From Pelovirga sp. (GTDB taxonomy: Bacteria > Desulfobacterota > Desulfuromonadia > Desulfuromonadales > Geopsychrobacteraceae), in contig JAWLDI010000001.1 in the NCBI GenBank assembly GCA_041686715.1, forward strand, positions 1-53,636: a stretch of 53,636 bases of DNA, read 5' to 3'. Below the pieces are notes generated by a model. It ran no database searches. It saw only the letters and a list, made by a program, of their open reading frames with translations, and was not told the DNA's origin. Below, one piece after another: positions 37,895 through 49,141 of this stretch (positions are counted from its first letter, which is position 1; each line of letters opens with the position of its first letter). A program made the translations under genes and the position numbers.

Positions 37895-38635
37895 TCAAGG
37901 GTCAAGATTTCCTGCGTGACAGGCAGCACCGACGATCCCCGCACCGTTCAATAGTTTGGCCGGTAACAGCCCGGCACGGGTATGGAGGTAAGGGAAAAAA
38001 CATTCACTACGCTGACTGACGCCACCACCGATGATGATCATTTCCGGTGACAACAGCCGTTCGACACGGCTGAAAAACAGGTTGAGTCGTTCTGCCCAGT
38101 CCTTCCAGCTCAATTCTTCCTTTGTGCGGATAGATGCGGCGGCATATTCCTCTGCAGACATGCCGTGAAGGGGAAAGGATCCAAGTTCCAGATTGGGAAA
38201 AAGTTGCTGCCGAAAAAATAATGCCGAACCGATCCCGGTACCAAGGGTCAAGACCAGCACCGTTTCGTCACGACCGGCCCCGGCCCCGAACCGCATTTCC
38301 GCCAGGCCGGCAGCGTCGGCATCGTTGAGAACCACGCACCTTCTTGCTGTCGCACTAGAGAACAACTCGACAGCATCAACATCAATCCAGCTGTTATCGA
38401 TATTGGCCGCCGTACCGACAACACCTTCGCGAATCACCGCCGGAAAACCCACACCGATGTGACCTTGCCAGTCCAACTCAGTAACCAGGCTCCCTAGCGC
38501 TGTGGCCATTGCCCGGGGGGTGGCGGGTTGCGGGGTTGTCACCTCGACAGGCTTCTCCAGCATGGTGCCACTGGTAATGTCGACCACAGCTGCCTTAATT
38601 GTACTACCTCCGATATCTATTCCCAGAACCGGCAT
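37895..38635 (-). CDS. ppgK: Polyphosphate glucokinase (ROK family)
   Basis: GIDIGGS.IK, TPQPATP, AANID.SW, NDADAAG.AE, LTLGTGIGSA, PNLELG, AGIVGAA; GGAGG RBS. Confidence 0.85.
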   Translation of the reverse strand: MPVLGIDIGGSTIKAAVVDITSGTMLEKPVEVTTPQPATPRAMATALGSLVTELDWQGHIGVGFPAVIREGVVGTAANIDNSWIDVDAVELFSSATARRCVVLNDADAAGLAEMRFGAGAGRDETVLVLTLGTGIGSALFFRQQLFPNLELGSFPLHGMSAEEYAAASIRTKEELSWKDWAERLNLFFSRVERLLSPEMIIIGGGVSQRSECFFPYLHTRAGLLPAKLLNGAGIVGAACHAGNLDP

Positions 38636-39071
38636 CAGTGCCTCCCTCAAGATTGATCTGTTTTTCATGGTTGCGATCACAAGTGCCCGTATCACACTTT
38701 CGGTCGCGCCTCGGCAGCAGATGGCGATAGCGGGCAAAAAGTCGATAACCACTGCGGCTTACGGAATTCACACCCGGCAAGCCCAGCAGCGCAGCGGCCA
38801 GACGCCAGCCGGAGTAACTCGGAAAAGCCTGCCAGATAGCAATAAAGGCATCTATACCGGTAGCAAAGTTGCCATCGGCATCTCGCACATGGAGTTCCGA
38901 CATAAATTCACCCAGTGACCTGCCATGCTTCTCGGGCTGAAAATCGTCCGCACTGATATCAATAAATTCAAGACGATTATCAGGATTTTTGCGTCGATAG
39001 TTTTCCATTTCGGCACTGCAGACCCGGCACGAGCCATCAAAAAAAATTTGCAGCGGAAACGCAATTGCCAT
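38604..39071 (-). CDS. DCC1-like thiol-disulfide oxidoreductase (DUF393)
   Basis: FFDGSCRVC (DxxCxxC), GIDAF, Y..FA..RH, C-terminal CDTGTC. Confidence 0.85.
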   Translation of the reverse strand: MAIAFPLQIFFDGSCRVCSAEMENYRRKNPDNRLEFIDISADDFQPEKHGRSLGEFMSELHVRDADGNFATGIDAFIAIWQAFPSYSGWRLAAALLGLPGVNSVSRSGYRLFARYRHLLPRRDRKCDTGTCDRNHEKQINLEGGTDAGSGNRYRR

Positions 39072-39238
39072 ATCTTGCCCCCATCATGCAGGAAGGTTAG
39101 GATGAAAATACATTGGCCGTGCTGCTGCACGCAGTACCGGCACTGTTTATTTCAACCTTAATGCTACCACAAACTCGACTTCCATGCAGCGTTTGCCAGT
39201 TACCGGCAACCCATTCAAACGATAAAAGAGGCCTGCTA

Positions 39239-39727
39239 ATGGAACAGCAGAACGAACAGAACAGAACGATGTTCAGCAGCGTCCTTGTCATTGCTCTGAT
39301 TCTTCTTTTTCATATTGTTCTGATCGTTGGGCTGATAGGAGCAGTTATCCTGTTCAAGGGAATATACGATCTGCGCTGGTGGATTCTGGCGGGGGGGCTG
39401 CTGCTGATCGGCGCATCGGCTTACTTCTTTTATCGACGCGCGAAAGCCGGCAAACGGCGCCTGCGTGACATGATGAATGATCCAGCCTTTCACAACCGCA
39501 ATCTGGAAATCAGCCTTCTGGGTGGCATGGCAACCTTGCGGGTGGGACACCCCGACCACCCCCCAAATCAGCCCCGGATGATAGATGTCAGCCCCGACAG
39601 CGATGTGAAGCAGCTGCCCGCTCCTTCTTCCCGGAAGATTGCCGAACTGAGCGAACTCAACCACATGCTGGAGCAGGGGTTGATCACCAAAGAGGAATTT
39701 TTACGGCTGAAAGAGGACATTCTCTAG
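39239..39727 (+). CDS. Membrane protein with C-terminal SHOCT domain
   Basis: Two TM helices; L.EL..MLEQGLITKEEF..LK..IL; AGAGG RBS. Confidence 0.8.
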   Translation: MEQQNEQNRTMFSSVLVIALILLFHIVLIVGLIGAVILFKGIYDLRWWILAGGLLLIGASAYFFYRRAKAGKRRLRDMMNDPAFHNRNLEISLLGGMATLRVGHPDHPPNQPRMIDVSPDSDVKQLPAPSSRKIAELSELNHMLEQGLITKEEFLRLKEDIL

Positions 39728-39781
39728 GAGCCTGTTCTTGCTTCTGCCGTGCTTTTTTTGGAAGCTTCTCATTTTTCCAGC

Positions 39782-39808
39782 TTGACAACCTGCCGCGAAG
39801 CCTATAAT
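39782..39808 (+). promoter_or_regulatory. Possible sigma70 promoter
   Basis: Consensus TTGACA and TATAAT, but only a 15-bp spacer. Confidence 0.4.
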
Positions 39809-39869
39809 TTTTACAAATTAGCATTCATTTTCTACCAACATTGCGTGTTTTATGGAGACCCGACACTTG

Positions 39870-40616
39870 ATGCGCTTTCCGCTGTGCATTCCTTTACTGC
39901 AGTCAACCTGCCTGATTGCGACACTGATGTTGTTAAGTTCGTGTGCACCGACGCCGGCAGTCGCGCCTTCTGCGGCCCTGAAGGAAGAGCTGCAACAGAT
40001 TCGCCAGCAACAGCAGGACCAGGCAGAACAACTGCAGCTTCTGACCCGGCAGATGACCCTGTTCCAGCAGGCTATGGGTATCGAAAAGATCAAACCAACC
40101 GCAACCGATCCACTTGAAGCCCTCATTTTTGAACTACCAGAATCGCCGGAAGATGAGTCAACAGAAAAATCTTTCACTCCGAGCGAAACGCCTCAAATCG
40201 TACTGGCTCCCGAGGTGAGTTCTTATCTCGCCGCTTTTTCACATCTCGCCGGCGGTCGTGCGGAGGCCGCTGAAGGAGAATTCCAACGTTTCTTGACTGA
40301 GTTTCCCGATCATCAGCATGCTCCCAATGCCCGCTACTGGCTTGCTCAGGCTCAAGTAACTCTGAACAAAACCGATCCGGCAACATCAAATCTGCGCCGG
40401 ATCATTATCGATCCCCAAGCTCAATTCAAGGCTCCAGCGGCAATGAGGCAGTTAGCTATCATTTACCGGCAGCAGGGGTTTAACCGTCAGGCCGACGATA
40501 TTGTTGAACAGCTGCGCATCAGCTATCCTGATAGTCCTGAAGCGCAACAACTTTTCCGGGATGACACGTCGCAACGCAACAGCGACCCGTCGTCCCAGCG
40601 ACGAGGGAACCAATGA
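39870..40616 (+). CDS. CpoB/YbgF-like TPR lipoprotein
   Basis: Lipobox LSSC, coiled coil, F..FL..FP.H..APNA.YWL, YPDS.EA; start uncertain (39852/39870). Confidence 0.8.
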   Translation: MRFPLCIPLLQSTCLIATLMLLSSCAPTPAVAPSAALKEELQQIRQQQQDQAEQLQLLTRQMTLFQQAMGIEKIKPTATDPLEALIFELPESPEDESTEKSFTPSETPQIVLAPEVSSYLAAFSHLAGGRAEAAEGEFQRFLTEFPDHQHAPNARYWLAQAQVTLNKTDPATSNLRRIIIDPQAQFKAPAAMRQLAIIYRQQGFNRQADDIVEQLRISYPDSPEAQQLFRDDTSQRNSDPSSQRRGNQ

Positions 40617-41629
40617 CACGGACAATGACTTGCAGATTACTAATCCTGGTTCTTCTTCTGACCTTTTCCGCGGTCACCGCCCCGGCCTTTGCCCAGCGTG
40701 GTGAAATCTACACGATCAAAAAAGGAGACACCCTCTGGGATCTGTCTCAACGGTTTATTGATGATCCCTACTACTGGCCTAATATATGGGCGGACAATCC
40801 GGACCTTATCAGCAACCCGCATCTGATTTTTCCGGGGCAGCAGATCCGCATTCTTGACGGGCGTCTCCAGATCATACCTGCCTTTACCGATACCGACACG
40901 GAAGCTCCCGCCGAGGTCATTACCAGGAATGAAGACGAAGAGCAGCTGTCGATCTCTGTTGCGGCTCGTGGTGACGGTTTTATCCTGGTGAACGAGCATC
41001 CACAGGGGCGCATTGTTGATGCCACGGATAACCGGGTACTGCTGACTGAAGGCGACCTGGTTTTCGCCTCCATGAACTCCGGCGCCAGCGCTGCCGTGGG
41101 TGACTCCTTTGGACTTTACCAGCGTGGCGAAAGTGTTGTTCACCCTCTGAATAAAAAACAACGACTGGGCACCCTGATGTATAATGTCGGCTCCCTGGAG
41201 GTCACCGAAGTCAGAGGGACAACTGTCGTTGGTCGCATCGACAAGGCCTATCGCGAAATCACGCGCGGCGTTGAACTGTTCTACTATGACCCGCCCCGGC
41301 GTGAAATCGCCCTGCAGCGTGGCACAACCGATGCCCCGGGCACCATTATTGCGACCCAGGAGGAAAAAGGCACCATCTCGACAGGGGATATCATCTTTAC
41401 CGATCTGGGACGAAACGATGAACTGGCAGTCGGCAACCTGTTCTACATATCGCGACCCCGACAGACAACCGATCTGGCTCTTGATGGTGCCGAACACCTT
41501 GACCTGCCTGAAGAAGTTGTTGGCGCGGCGATTGTCACTGAAACCAGAGACACTACCTCAACAGCCCTTATCATCAAAAGTGTCGACACGGCTTCGATCG
41601 GCAACAGCGTCACTGTTGCCATAGATTAG
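40613..41629 (+). CDS. LysM peptidoglycan-binding protein (TsaP-like)
   Basis: Signal peptide, YTIKKGDTLWDLS..F....YYWP.IW..NP..I.NPHLIFPG; upstream of dprA. Confidence 0.88.
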   Translation: MTRTMTCRLLILVLLLTFSAVTAPAFAQRGEIYTIKKGDTLWDLSQRFIDDPYYWPNIWADNPDLISNPHLIFPGQQIRILDGRLQIIPAFTDTDTEAPAEVITRNEDEEQLSISVAARGDGFILVNEHPQGRIVDATDNRVLLTEGDLVFASMNSGASAAVGDSFGLYQRGESVVHPLNKKQRLGTLMYNVGSLEVTEVRGTTVVGRIDKAYREITRGVELFYYDPPRREIALQRGTTDAPGTIIATQEEKGTISTGDIIFTDLGRNDELAVGNLFYISRPRQTTDLALDGAEHLDLPEEVVGAAIVTETRDTTSTALIIKSVDTASIGNSVTVAID

Positions 41630-41650
41630 TAACAGCTCTAACCGGCCCGG

Positions 41651-41688
41651 AAAAAAAGAGGATTGAAACTGTTTCAATCCTCTTTTTT
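41651..41688. terminator. Bidirectional intrinsic terminator
   Basis: AAAAAAAGAGGATTGAAAC-T-GTTTCAATCCTCTTTTTT. Confidence 0.8.
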
Positions 41689-41725
41689 GCATCATCAGGA
41701 AACTATCTCATCTGAAGGGGGGACG

Positions 41726-42817
41726 ATGGGACCGACTAAAAAAGATCTGCTGCGGCTGAATATGAACCCGGGTATCGGCCGCTCCACCCTGTTCAAACTG
41801 TATCATCATTTTGGTTGTTTTACCGCCGCAATCAATGCTTCGCGTCAATCCTGGCAGAACGCAGGCGTCAACCCGGAGCTTCTCACCGCAGTTGCCAAAC
41901 CACAATCAACCGATTTTTGCAACCTGCTGAAAAAGATGGATAAGCTCAACATTCACCTGCTCAGTTACTGGGATGATGGATATCCGCCCTTGTTGCGGAC
42001 TATCTATGATCCGCCGGCACTACTGTACGTCCGTGGAGTCATGCCGGAGCAGGATTCATTGGCGATCGTCGGTTCACGCAAAGCTACGCCGGCAGGTCTC
42101 GATTTCGCCCGCAAGCTGGCCCGGCAATTAGCAGAACAACGGGTCTGCATTGTCAGCGGTATGGCGCGCGGCGTTGACAGCGCCGCCCATCAGGGTGCCC
42201 TTGATGGCAATGGCGCAACTGTAGCCGTTCTCGGCTGTGGCGTTGATCATATCTATCCACCCGAAAATGCACGCCTCTACCAGCAGATTATTGACCAGGG
42301 AGCCGTCATCAGCGAGCACCCTCCCGGCACCAGGCCGGCTGCCGGTCACTTTCCCGGACGTAACCGGATTATCAGCGGGTTAGCTCGCGGGGTGCTGATC
42401 GTTGAAGCAGCTATCGGCAGCGGGTCCCTCATTACCGCTGATTTTGCTCTGGATCAGGGTCGTGAACTGTTTGCCAGCCCCGGTGCCATCAGTCACCCCA
42501 ACAGCCACGGGCCTCATCAGCTACTCAAGGAGGGGGCGCAGATTGTCACCGATGCCAATGATATCCTGCAGACGTTGTGGCCCCAAAGGGGCTGTTACAG
42601 CAACCCCAGATGTACCGCCGAGCCGCCAGTGGACCTTGAACCCAAGGCTTTGTCCGTCTACCGGATGCTTGGCGAAAACCCGCTTCATCACGATGAAATC
42701 GCACGGAAATGCGCCTTGACTCCCATGGATCTTTCCGCTATTTTACTCGACTTGGAGCTCCGGGGAGGGGCAAAACAACTACCCGGAGGTCACTATACCC
42801 GTGGTTCTCTGGCATAA
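41726..42817 (+). CDS. dprA: DNA-processing protein DprA
   Basis: AIVGSR, VSGMARGVDSAAH, FPGRNRIISGL, SGSLITA, C-terminal winged helix. Confidence 0.95.
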   Translation: MGPTKKDLLRLNMNPGIGRSTLFKLYHHFGCFTAAINASRQSWQNAGVNPELLTAVAKPQSTDFCNLLKKMDKLNIHLLSYWDDGYPPLLRTIYDPPALLYVRGVMPEQDSLAIVGSRKATPAGLDFARKLARQLAEQRVCIVSGMARGVDSAAHQGALDGNGATVAVLGCGVDHIYPPENARLYQQIIDQGAVISEHPPGTRPAAGHFPGRNRIISGLARGVLIVEAAIGSGSLITADFALDQGRELFASPGAISHPNSHGPHQLLKEGAQIVTDANDILQTLWPQRGCYSNPRCTAEPPVDLEPKALSVYRMLGENPLHHDEIARKCALTPMDLSAILLDLELRGGAKQLPGGHYTRGSLA

Positions 42818-42921
42818 GGTTTATGCGCAAACAGCTTCACGCTAATCCGTTGGCTGCTGATCTGGAAACGCACGGAATCGACAGTATTCGCTTGACAAAG
42901 CAAGAGTCACCTGGAGGTCTT

Positions 42922-43401
42922 TTGAATGAACGTGTCCTGGCGATAGTCAACCTGATCGCCCAATATGTTATCGGATCGGAAGAAACTCCCGTCAATGAGA
43001 AGGAACTGATTGCCGAACTCATGTCTGCCGGTTTTGCCGCTGATGAGATTGACAACGCTTTTTTATGGATGGAATCTGTCACCATCGGCACATCAGAGTC
43101 CCGGGAGAAAACTGACTATCTGTTGTCGGATCCCGGTTATCGGATTTTTACCACACAGGAGCAACAACTCCTGACGCTCGAAGCACGTGGATTTCTGGTC
43201 CGGGTCAGATCCATGGGCCTGCTTCCTGATCCCGTCCAGGAAGAGATCATTGACCGGGCAATCAATGCTGCCGAAGAACCGGTCACTGAGCAGGAGATTA
43301 AACTGATCACGATAATGACACTGTTGACGCGCTCAAACGACATCTGGTTGCGAGAAATCGACTGTTTTCTGGAAAACGACTGGCAACGCATTTACCACTA
43401 G
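42922..43401 (+). CDS. smg: Smg-like protein (DUF494)
   Basis: L...GF...EI..AF.W, RIFT..E...L..EARGFL; conserved dprA-smg-topA order; TTG start after GGAGG. Confidence 0.8.
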   Translation: MNERVLAIVNLIAQYVIGSEETPVNEKELIAELMSAGFAADEIDNAFLWMESVTIGTSESREKTDYLLSDPGYRIFTTQEQQLLTLEARGFLVRVRSMGLLPDPVQEEIIDRAINAAEEPVTEQEIKLITIMTLLTRSNDIWLREIDCFLENDWQRIYH

Positions 43402-43407
43402 GCTGCC

Positions 43408-43437
43408 AAGGGTTGCGTCTGTGGCGCAACCTTTTTT
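43408..43437 (+). terminator. Intrinsic terminator
   Basis: GGTTGCGTC-TGT-GGCGCAACC followed by TTTTTT. Confidence 0.65.
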
Positions 43438-43481
43438 ATTATCACTGCTGCTGTTATCATAACAGGGCATAGAGGTTATAA

Positions 43482-45824
43482 ATGGCTCAATCACTGGTCA
43501 TTGTCGAATCCCCGGCAAAAGCTAAAACCATCGAAAAATTTCTCGGCAAAGGCTACAAAGTCCTTGCATCCTACGGACATGTTCGCGCCCTGCCAAGCAA
43601 GCAGGGGTCAGTGGACACCACCGCCGACTTCAAGCCCAACTATCAGATATTACCGGATAGCACCAAACATATCGCGACCTTGAAAAAAGAGGTGGCCAAA
43701 TGCGAGGAACTTATCCTTGCGACCGACCTTGACCGTGAAGGTGAAGCCATTGCCTGGCACTTACTGGAAGCGCTTGGAATCAGCGAAGAAGCTCAGAAAC
43801 CGGCAGTCAAAAGGGTGACCTTCCATGAGATCACGCAAAGTGCCATTACTGAAGCGATGGCCGCCCCCCGTACGATCTCACGTAATCTGGTCGATGCCCA
43901 GCAGGCCCGGTCCGTCCTGGATTATCTGGTCGGTTTCAACCTGTCACCGTTTCTCTGGAAGAAAATCCGTTACGGGCTTTCTGCCGGACGGGTACAGTCT
44001 GTTGCCCTGCGCCTGATCTGTGAGCGCGAGGAAGAGATAGAAGCTTTCAAGCCCCGTGAGTACTGGAGCATTGAGGCGCTTCTGGCTAATGCTGACAAGG
44101 TGTCATTCAGTGCCAAGCTGCATGCCCGGCAGGGAAAAAAACTGGGCAAATTTGCCTTGGCCGACCAGCAACAGACCGACGATGTGCTGACGGAACTGCA
44201 GCATGTCCACTTTAAGGTCAGCAACCTTGAACAAAAAGAACGTAAACGCAACCCGGCCCCCCCCTTTACCACCAGTACCCTGCAGCAGGAAGCCAGCCGC
44301 AAGCTGGGTTTTTCTGCCCGCAAGACCATGAGCGTGGCACAAAAGCTGTATGAAGGAATTGCTGTCGCAGATGGCACCCACGGCCTGATCACCTATATGC
44401 GTACGGATTCGGTCGCCCTTTCGGATACCGCCACCGGGGAAGCACGCAACCTGATCCAGGAACAGTACGGACAGAAATACGCACTATCCAAACCGCGGGT
44501 TTTCCGTAACAAAAGCAAGAACGCCCAGGAAGCTCATGAAGCAATCCGACCGACCAGCCTGATCCGCACACCAGCCCAGCTGAAATCTCATCTCAATTCG
44601 GATCAGTACCGGCTCTACGAGTTAATCTGGAAAAGAACGGTCGCTTCACAGATGGCACAGGCCATCTTCGATGCGACAACAGTCGACATTAGCGCCGGCG
44701 ACAAATACAGCTTTCGCGCTACCGGCCAGGTCATTCGTTTTCCCGGTTTTATGACGCTGTATATCGAAGGAACGGACAATCAGGAAGACGAACAACAGGA
44801 AGGCTCGCTACCGGCGCTTAAGGTCGGTGAGGAACTGCAGAAAGAACAGTTGACATCACAGCAGCACTTTACCCAACCCCCACCCCGATTCACAGAAGCC
44901 AGCCTGGTCAAAAACCTTGAAGAGTTTGGCATTGGTCGCCCGTCAACCTACGCCAGCATCATGAATACCCTGGTCACACGCAAATATGTCCGTCTCGAAA
45001 AACGCACCTTTTTCCCGGAAGATACTGGTCGGGTGGTAACCAAACTATTGACCGAGCATTTCAGCCAGTACGTGGATTATGAATTCACCGCAGCCCTTGA
45101 AGAAGAGCTCGACGCTATTTCACGTGGAGAAAAAGCCTGGATTCCGGCAATCCGCCAGTTCTGGGACCCCTTCATCGAATTGCTCCAGCGTAAGGAAAAA
45201 GAAGTCAGCAAGGCTGACGTCACGACCGAAAAAACAGACAAAACCTGTCCCGAATGCGGCAAAGAGCTGGTCATCAAACTGGGGCGCGCCGGTCGCTTCC
45301 TGGCCTGTTCCGGTTTTCCCGACTGTCGTCATACCGAACCGCTCGGCGGACAGTCAGAGGAAGCAGAACAACCGGTCTACTCAGATGAAAAATGCGACAA
45401 GTGCGGCAGCCAGATGCTGATAAAGAGCGGCCGTTACGGCAAGTTCCTTGCCTGCAGCGGCTATCCATCCTGTAAAAACATCCAGCCGCTGGAAAAGCCC
45501 AAATCCCTGGGGATATCCTGTCCAGAATGCGGGGATGGGGAAATGATGGAAAAGAAAAGCCGCTACGGAAAGATTTTCTATTCATGCAATCGCTACCCCA
45601 AATGCAAATATGCCTTATGGAATCCACCCAGCAATGAAGCCTGTCCGAAATGCGGATGGCCCCTTACTGAAATCAAAACAACAAAACGATTTGGCACAGT
45701 ACAGCGCTGCCCACAGTCTGAATGCGACTGGGAGAAGGTCATAACACCGCCGGAAAAGAAAGTCGCCACAACCAAAAAACCGGCCGGCAAAAAATCCGCC
45801 AAGACCAAAAAGTCCGCAACATAA
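43482..45824 (+). CDS. topA: DNA topoisomerase I
   Basis: [44 protein letters not shown]-terminal zinc ribbons. Confidence 0.97.
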   Translation: MAQSLVIVESPAKAKTIEKFLGKGYKVLASYGHVRALPSKQGSVDTTADFKPNYQILPDSTKHIATLKKEVAKCEELILATDLDREGEAIAWHLLEALGISEEAQKPAVKRVTFHEITQSAITEAMAAPRTISRNLVDAQQARSVLDYLVGFNLSPFLWKKIRYGLSAGRVQSVALRLICEREEEIEAFKPREYWSIEALLANADKVSFSAKLHARQGKKLGKFALADQQQTDDVLTELQHVHFKVSNLEQKERKRNPAPPFTTSTLQQEASRKLGFSARKTMSVAQKLYEGIAVADGTHGLITYMRTDSVALSDTATGEARNLIQEQYGQKYALSKPRVFRNKSKNAQEAHEAIRPTSLIRTPAQLKSHLNSDQYRLYELIWKRTVASQMAQAIFDATTVDISAGDKYSFRATGQVIRFPGFMTLYIEGTDNQEDEQQEGSLPALKVGEELQKEQLTSQQHFTQPPPRFTEASLVKNLEEFGIGRPSTYASIMNTLVTRKYVRLEKRTFFPEDTGRVVTKLLTEHFSQYVDYEFTAALEEELDAISRGEKAWIPAIRQFWDPFIELLQRKEKEVSKADVTTEKTDKTCPECGKELVIKLGRAGRFLACSGFPDCRHTEPLGGQSEEAEQPVYSDEKCDKCGSQMLIKSGRYGKFLACSGYPSCKNIQPLEKPKSLGISCPECGDGEMMEKKSRYGKIFYSCNRYPKCKYALWNPPSNEACPKCGWPLTEIKTTKRFGTVQRCPQSECDWEKVITPPEKKVATTKKPAGKKSAKTKKSAT

Positions 45825-45844
45825 GCTCCTGCTGGATAGAATCG

Positions 45845-47185
45845 ATGGAAATAACCATTATCGGCGCTGGACTGGCCGGCTGTGAAGCGGCCTGGCAGGT
45901 GGCCAAAGAAGGTATTCGCGTTCATCTGCTGGAGATGAAACCGGTCAACTTCTCTCCGGCTCACCAGAGTGCGGGCCTGGCTGAACTGGTCTGTTCCAAC
46001 AGCTTACGCGGCAGTGGCATGAACAATGCTGTCGGCTGCCTCAAAGAGGAACTGCGGCGCTGTGACTCTCTGATAATAGCCGCCGCCGATGCCACCGCGG
46101 TACCGGCTGGAGGCGCCCTCGCGGTTGATCGCGAGGCTTTCTCCAGCTACATCACTGAAAAAATCAGTTCCACCCCCCTTATTGAGCTGACCAGAACCGA
46201 AGTCACCAAACTGCCGACCACGCGAATGACCATCCTCGCCAGCGGGCCCCTGACCTCAGCACCTTTGTCTGCCGCGCTGGCAGAGCTGACCGGTAGCAAC
46301 CACCTTTATTTTTACGATGCCATTGCCCCGATTATCGACGCAGAATCCATTGATACCAGTATTGCCTGGCGGGCATCTCGTTATGGACGTGGCGGTGATG
46401 ACTACATCAACTGCCCCCTGGCCAAGGAAGAGTATGATGATTTTGTTGCCGCGTTGCTCGATGCCGGCAAGGTGTCGGGGCGTGATTTTGAAAAGCTGGT
46501 TCATTTCGAGGGATGCATGCCGATTGAAGAGATGGCAGCACGGGGCCCTCAGACCCTGGCGTTCGGGCCGATGAAACCAGTTGGACTACCTGATCCACGC
46601 ACCGGCCGCCCTCCTCATGCGGTTGTTCAACTGCGTCAGGACAACCATCACGCCACTTTGTATAACATGGTAGGATTCCAGACCCGCCTGACCTACCCAG
46701 AACAGAAACGTATTTTTTCCATGATTCCCGGCCTGCAACAGGCTCGCTTTGTCCGTCTTGGCAGTATGCATCGTAACACCTTTATCAATGCTCCGAGCTG
46801 TCTCAACCGCACGCTGCAATTTCATCAGGCCCCGCATATCTATGCAGCCGGGCAGATCACCGGAGTTGAAGGCTATGTCGAATCTGCTGCCTGCGGTTTT
46901 CTCGCCGGCCTTTTCGCGGCACGCCACATGCGCGGCAAAGAGGCCCCATTGCCGCCGGCTGAAACCGCATTGGGGGCACTATTGAATCATCTTCGGTTCG
47001 CTGCTCCGGAGAACTTCCAGCCGATGAACATCAATTACGGGCTCTTCCCCCCCCTTGAGGGTGGCAGAAAAAAACGGACTGAGCGACGGCTGGCCATGGC
47101 CGAACGGGCTCTGGCGTCATTGCCGGCATGGTGGCAACAGGTTCTGACTGAACGCCCGGCGCCCACGGAAAACGGCAATGGATAA
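45845..47185 (+). CDS. trmFO: Folate/FAD-dependent tRNA U54 methyltransferase
   Basis: [52 protein letters not shown]. Confidence 0.95.
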   Translation: MEITIIGAGLAGCEAAWQVAKEGIRVHLLEMKPVNFSPAHQSAGLAELVCSNSLRGSGMNNAVGCLKEELRRCDSLIIAAADATAVPAGGALAVDREAFSSYITEKISSTPLIELTRTEVTKLPTTRMTILASGPLTSAPLSAALAELTGSNHLYFYDAIAPIIDAESIDTSIAWRASRYGRGGDDYINCPLAKEEYDDFVAALLDAGKVSGRDFEKLVHFEGCMPIEEMAARGPQTLAFGPMKPVGLPDPRTGRPPHAVVQLRQDNHHATLYNMVGFQTRLTYPEQKRIFSMIPGLQQARFVRLGSMHRNTFINAPSCLNRTLQFHQAPHIYAAGQITGVEGYVESAACGFLAGLFAARHMRGKEAPLPPAETALGALLNHLRFAAPENFQPMNINYGLFPPLEGGRKKRTERRLAMAERALASLPAWWQQVLTERPAPTENGNG

Positions 47186-47765
47186 CACCCTGACACTGGC
47201 ATCCGCCTCGCCACGGCGCAAAGAACTCCTCGAGCAGATTGGCCTTGAATTCAGCGTCATACCGAGTAACATAGAAGAAACGATCATCCCCGATGAATCC
47301 CCTGAGCACCTGGTTATCCGCTTAAGTCTGGACAAAGCCCGGGACATCGCACAGCGCTTTGACACCAGAAGCCGCTGGGTTATCGGCAGTGACACCGTGG
47401 TCGTTTGTGGCAACCGGATTCTGGGCAAACCGTCCGATGAGCAGGAAGCCGCTGCCATGCTCAGGCTACTGTCGGGAACCAGTCATCGGGTTATCACCGG
47501 CTTTGCGGTTATTGACCGCCTGCGGGAATGTCAGCGCAGTGAAGCGGTTACCACCAAGGTTCATTTTCGTCAATTGACAGATGCAGAAATTGCACGCTAC
47601 ATTGCCACCAAAGAACCGGCTGACAAAGCTGGAGCTTACGCTATTCAGGGTTTCGGCGCCGGTTTCGTCAGCGGCATCGAAGGCAGCTATACAAACGTTG
47701 TCGGCCTGCCGTTGTGCCGACTGACTCTGATATTAAAGGAACTGGACGTGCCCCTGGTCGTTTGA
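47178..47765 (+). CDS. maf: Maf family nucleoside triphosphate pyrophosphatase
   Basis: [33 protein letters not shown]. Confidence 0.93.
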   Translation: MDNTLTLASASPRRKELLEQIGLEFSVIPSNIEETIIPDESPEHLVIRLSLDKARDIAQRFDTRSRWVIGSDTVVVCGNRILGKPSDEQEAAAMLRLLSGTSHRVITGFAVIDRLRECQRSEAVTTKVHFRQLTDAEIARYIATKEPADKAGAYAIQGFGAGFVSGIEGSYTNVVGLPLCRLTLILKELDVPLVV

Positions 47766-47802
47766 ATCAGCCCTGCTGCCATCAATAGCGGAAAGAAAAC
47801 TC

Positions 47803-48492
47803 ATGATCTCTGTGCGGAACAATCTTGAAACAATCCGTAGCCGCATCGCCAATGCCTGTGCAACATGCGGTCGCAACCCGGCAGATGTCCGGCTGGTAGC
47901 CGTTTCCAAAGTAAAGTCCGCGGAACTTATCGACGCGGCCTTTGAGGCCGGGCAGCAGATATTCGGTGAAAGCTATGTCCAGGAGTTCCGCGACAAGGTC
48001 GATATCGTCAAGCATCCGGTCGAATGGCATTTTATCGGCGCCCTGCAAAGCAACAAGGTAAAGTACCTGCGCGGCCGGGTGGCAATGATCCATTCCGTTG
48101 ATCGCCTTTCCCTGGCCAGGGAAATCAATCGCCAATGGGAAAAAATCAACGCTACTGTCCCGGTCCTGATCCAGGTGAATGTCGGTGACGAAAACAGTAA
48201 AGCCGGCTGTGCTACCGACAAGCTAGGCAACCTGGTGCGGCAGATCGCTGAGTTGCCCCACCTGCGTATCCTCGGACTCATGTGCCTGCCCCCCTATTTT
48301 GCTGACCCGGAACAGGTACGCCCCTACTTCCGCCAGTTGCGCGAACTTGCTAACGGCATCGATGCCCAACAGATACCCGGTGTCATGATGCAGGAACTAT
48401 CCATGGGAATGAGTGGTGATTTCGAAGTGGCCATCGAAGAAGGAGCCACTCTGGTGCGCATCGGTACGGCAATTTTCGGGGAAAGAAACTGA
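47803..48492 (+). CDS. yggS: PLP homeostasis protein
   Basis: LVAVSK, FGESYVQE, WHFIG.LQSNK, LSMGMSGD, VRIGTAIFG. Confidence 0.95.
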   Translation: MISVRNNLETIRSRIANACATCGRNPADVRLVAVSKVKSAELIDAAFEAGQQIFGESYVQEFRDKVDIVKHPVEWHFIGALQSNKVKYLRGRVAMIHSVDRLSLAREINRQWEKINATVPVLIQVNVGDENSKAGCATDKLGNLVRQIAELPHLRILGLMCLPPYFADPEQVRPYFRQLRELANGIDAQQIPGVMMQELSMGMSGDFEVAIEEGATLVRIGTAIFGERN

Positions 48493-48493
48493 T

Positions 48494-49141
48494 TTGTTAC
48501 GGCAACCGCAATTTCTGATTTTTGATCTGGATGGCACCCTGATTAACTCTATACCTGATCTGACCCTGGCGTTGAATCTGTTGCGAGAGGAACTGGGACT
48601 GGCACCGATGTCGCCCGATCAGGTCACTACCATGGTCGGCGACGGGGCCACCATGCTGGTACAACGCGCGCTCGGGGATGACATCTATGAGCGTCGGCAT
48701 CTGGAGCGTTTTCTCGCTATCTACGGGGATCACCTGCTTGATCAGACCCGCTGTTATCCGGGCATTGAGGAGCTGTTGAAACAGCATAATCCAAAGCAGA
48801 TGGCAGTGGTCACCAACAAGCCTATCCTTTATACCCGAAAAATTCTCGATGGCCTCAACCTGTCCCGATTCTTCACTGCCGTGATCGGCGGGGACTCCTA
48901 TCCGCACAAAAAACCCCATCCCTACCCGGTACAGCAGGCCCTGAAACAGATTGGCGCACAACCGGACCTGGCCATCATGATCGGCGATCATCATACCGAT
49001 CTCTATGCCGCTCGCGGCGCAGATATCGCGACATGTTTCTGTGCTTATGGTTTCGGCAATTGTGACAAGCTGACCCCGGACTACCAGGTCAACAGCCCCG
49101 AGGATTTGCTGACCCTGTTTCCGGGGGCCGCTATTGACTGA
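48494..49141 (+). CDS. HAD phosphatase (phosphoglycolate phosphatase-like)
   Basis: FDLDGTL, VTNK, KKPHP, MIGD; probable TTG start right after yggS. Confidence 0.85.
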   Translation: MLRQPQFLIFDLDGTLINSIPDLTLALNLLREELGLAPMSPDQVTTMVGDGATMLVQRALGDDIYERRHLERFLAIYGDHLLDQTRCYPGIEELLKQHNPKQMAVVTNKPILYTRKILDGLNLSRFFTAVIGGDSYPHKKPHPYPVQQALKQIGAQPDLAIMIGDHHTDLYAARGADIATCFCAYGFGNCDKLTPDYQVNSPEDLLTLFPGAAID

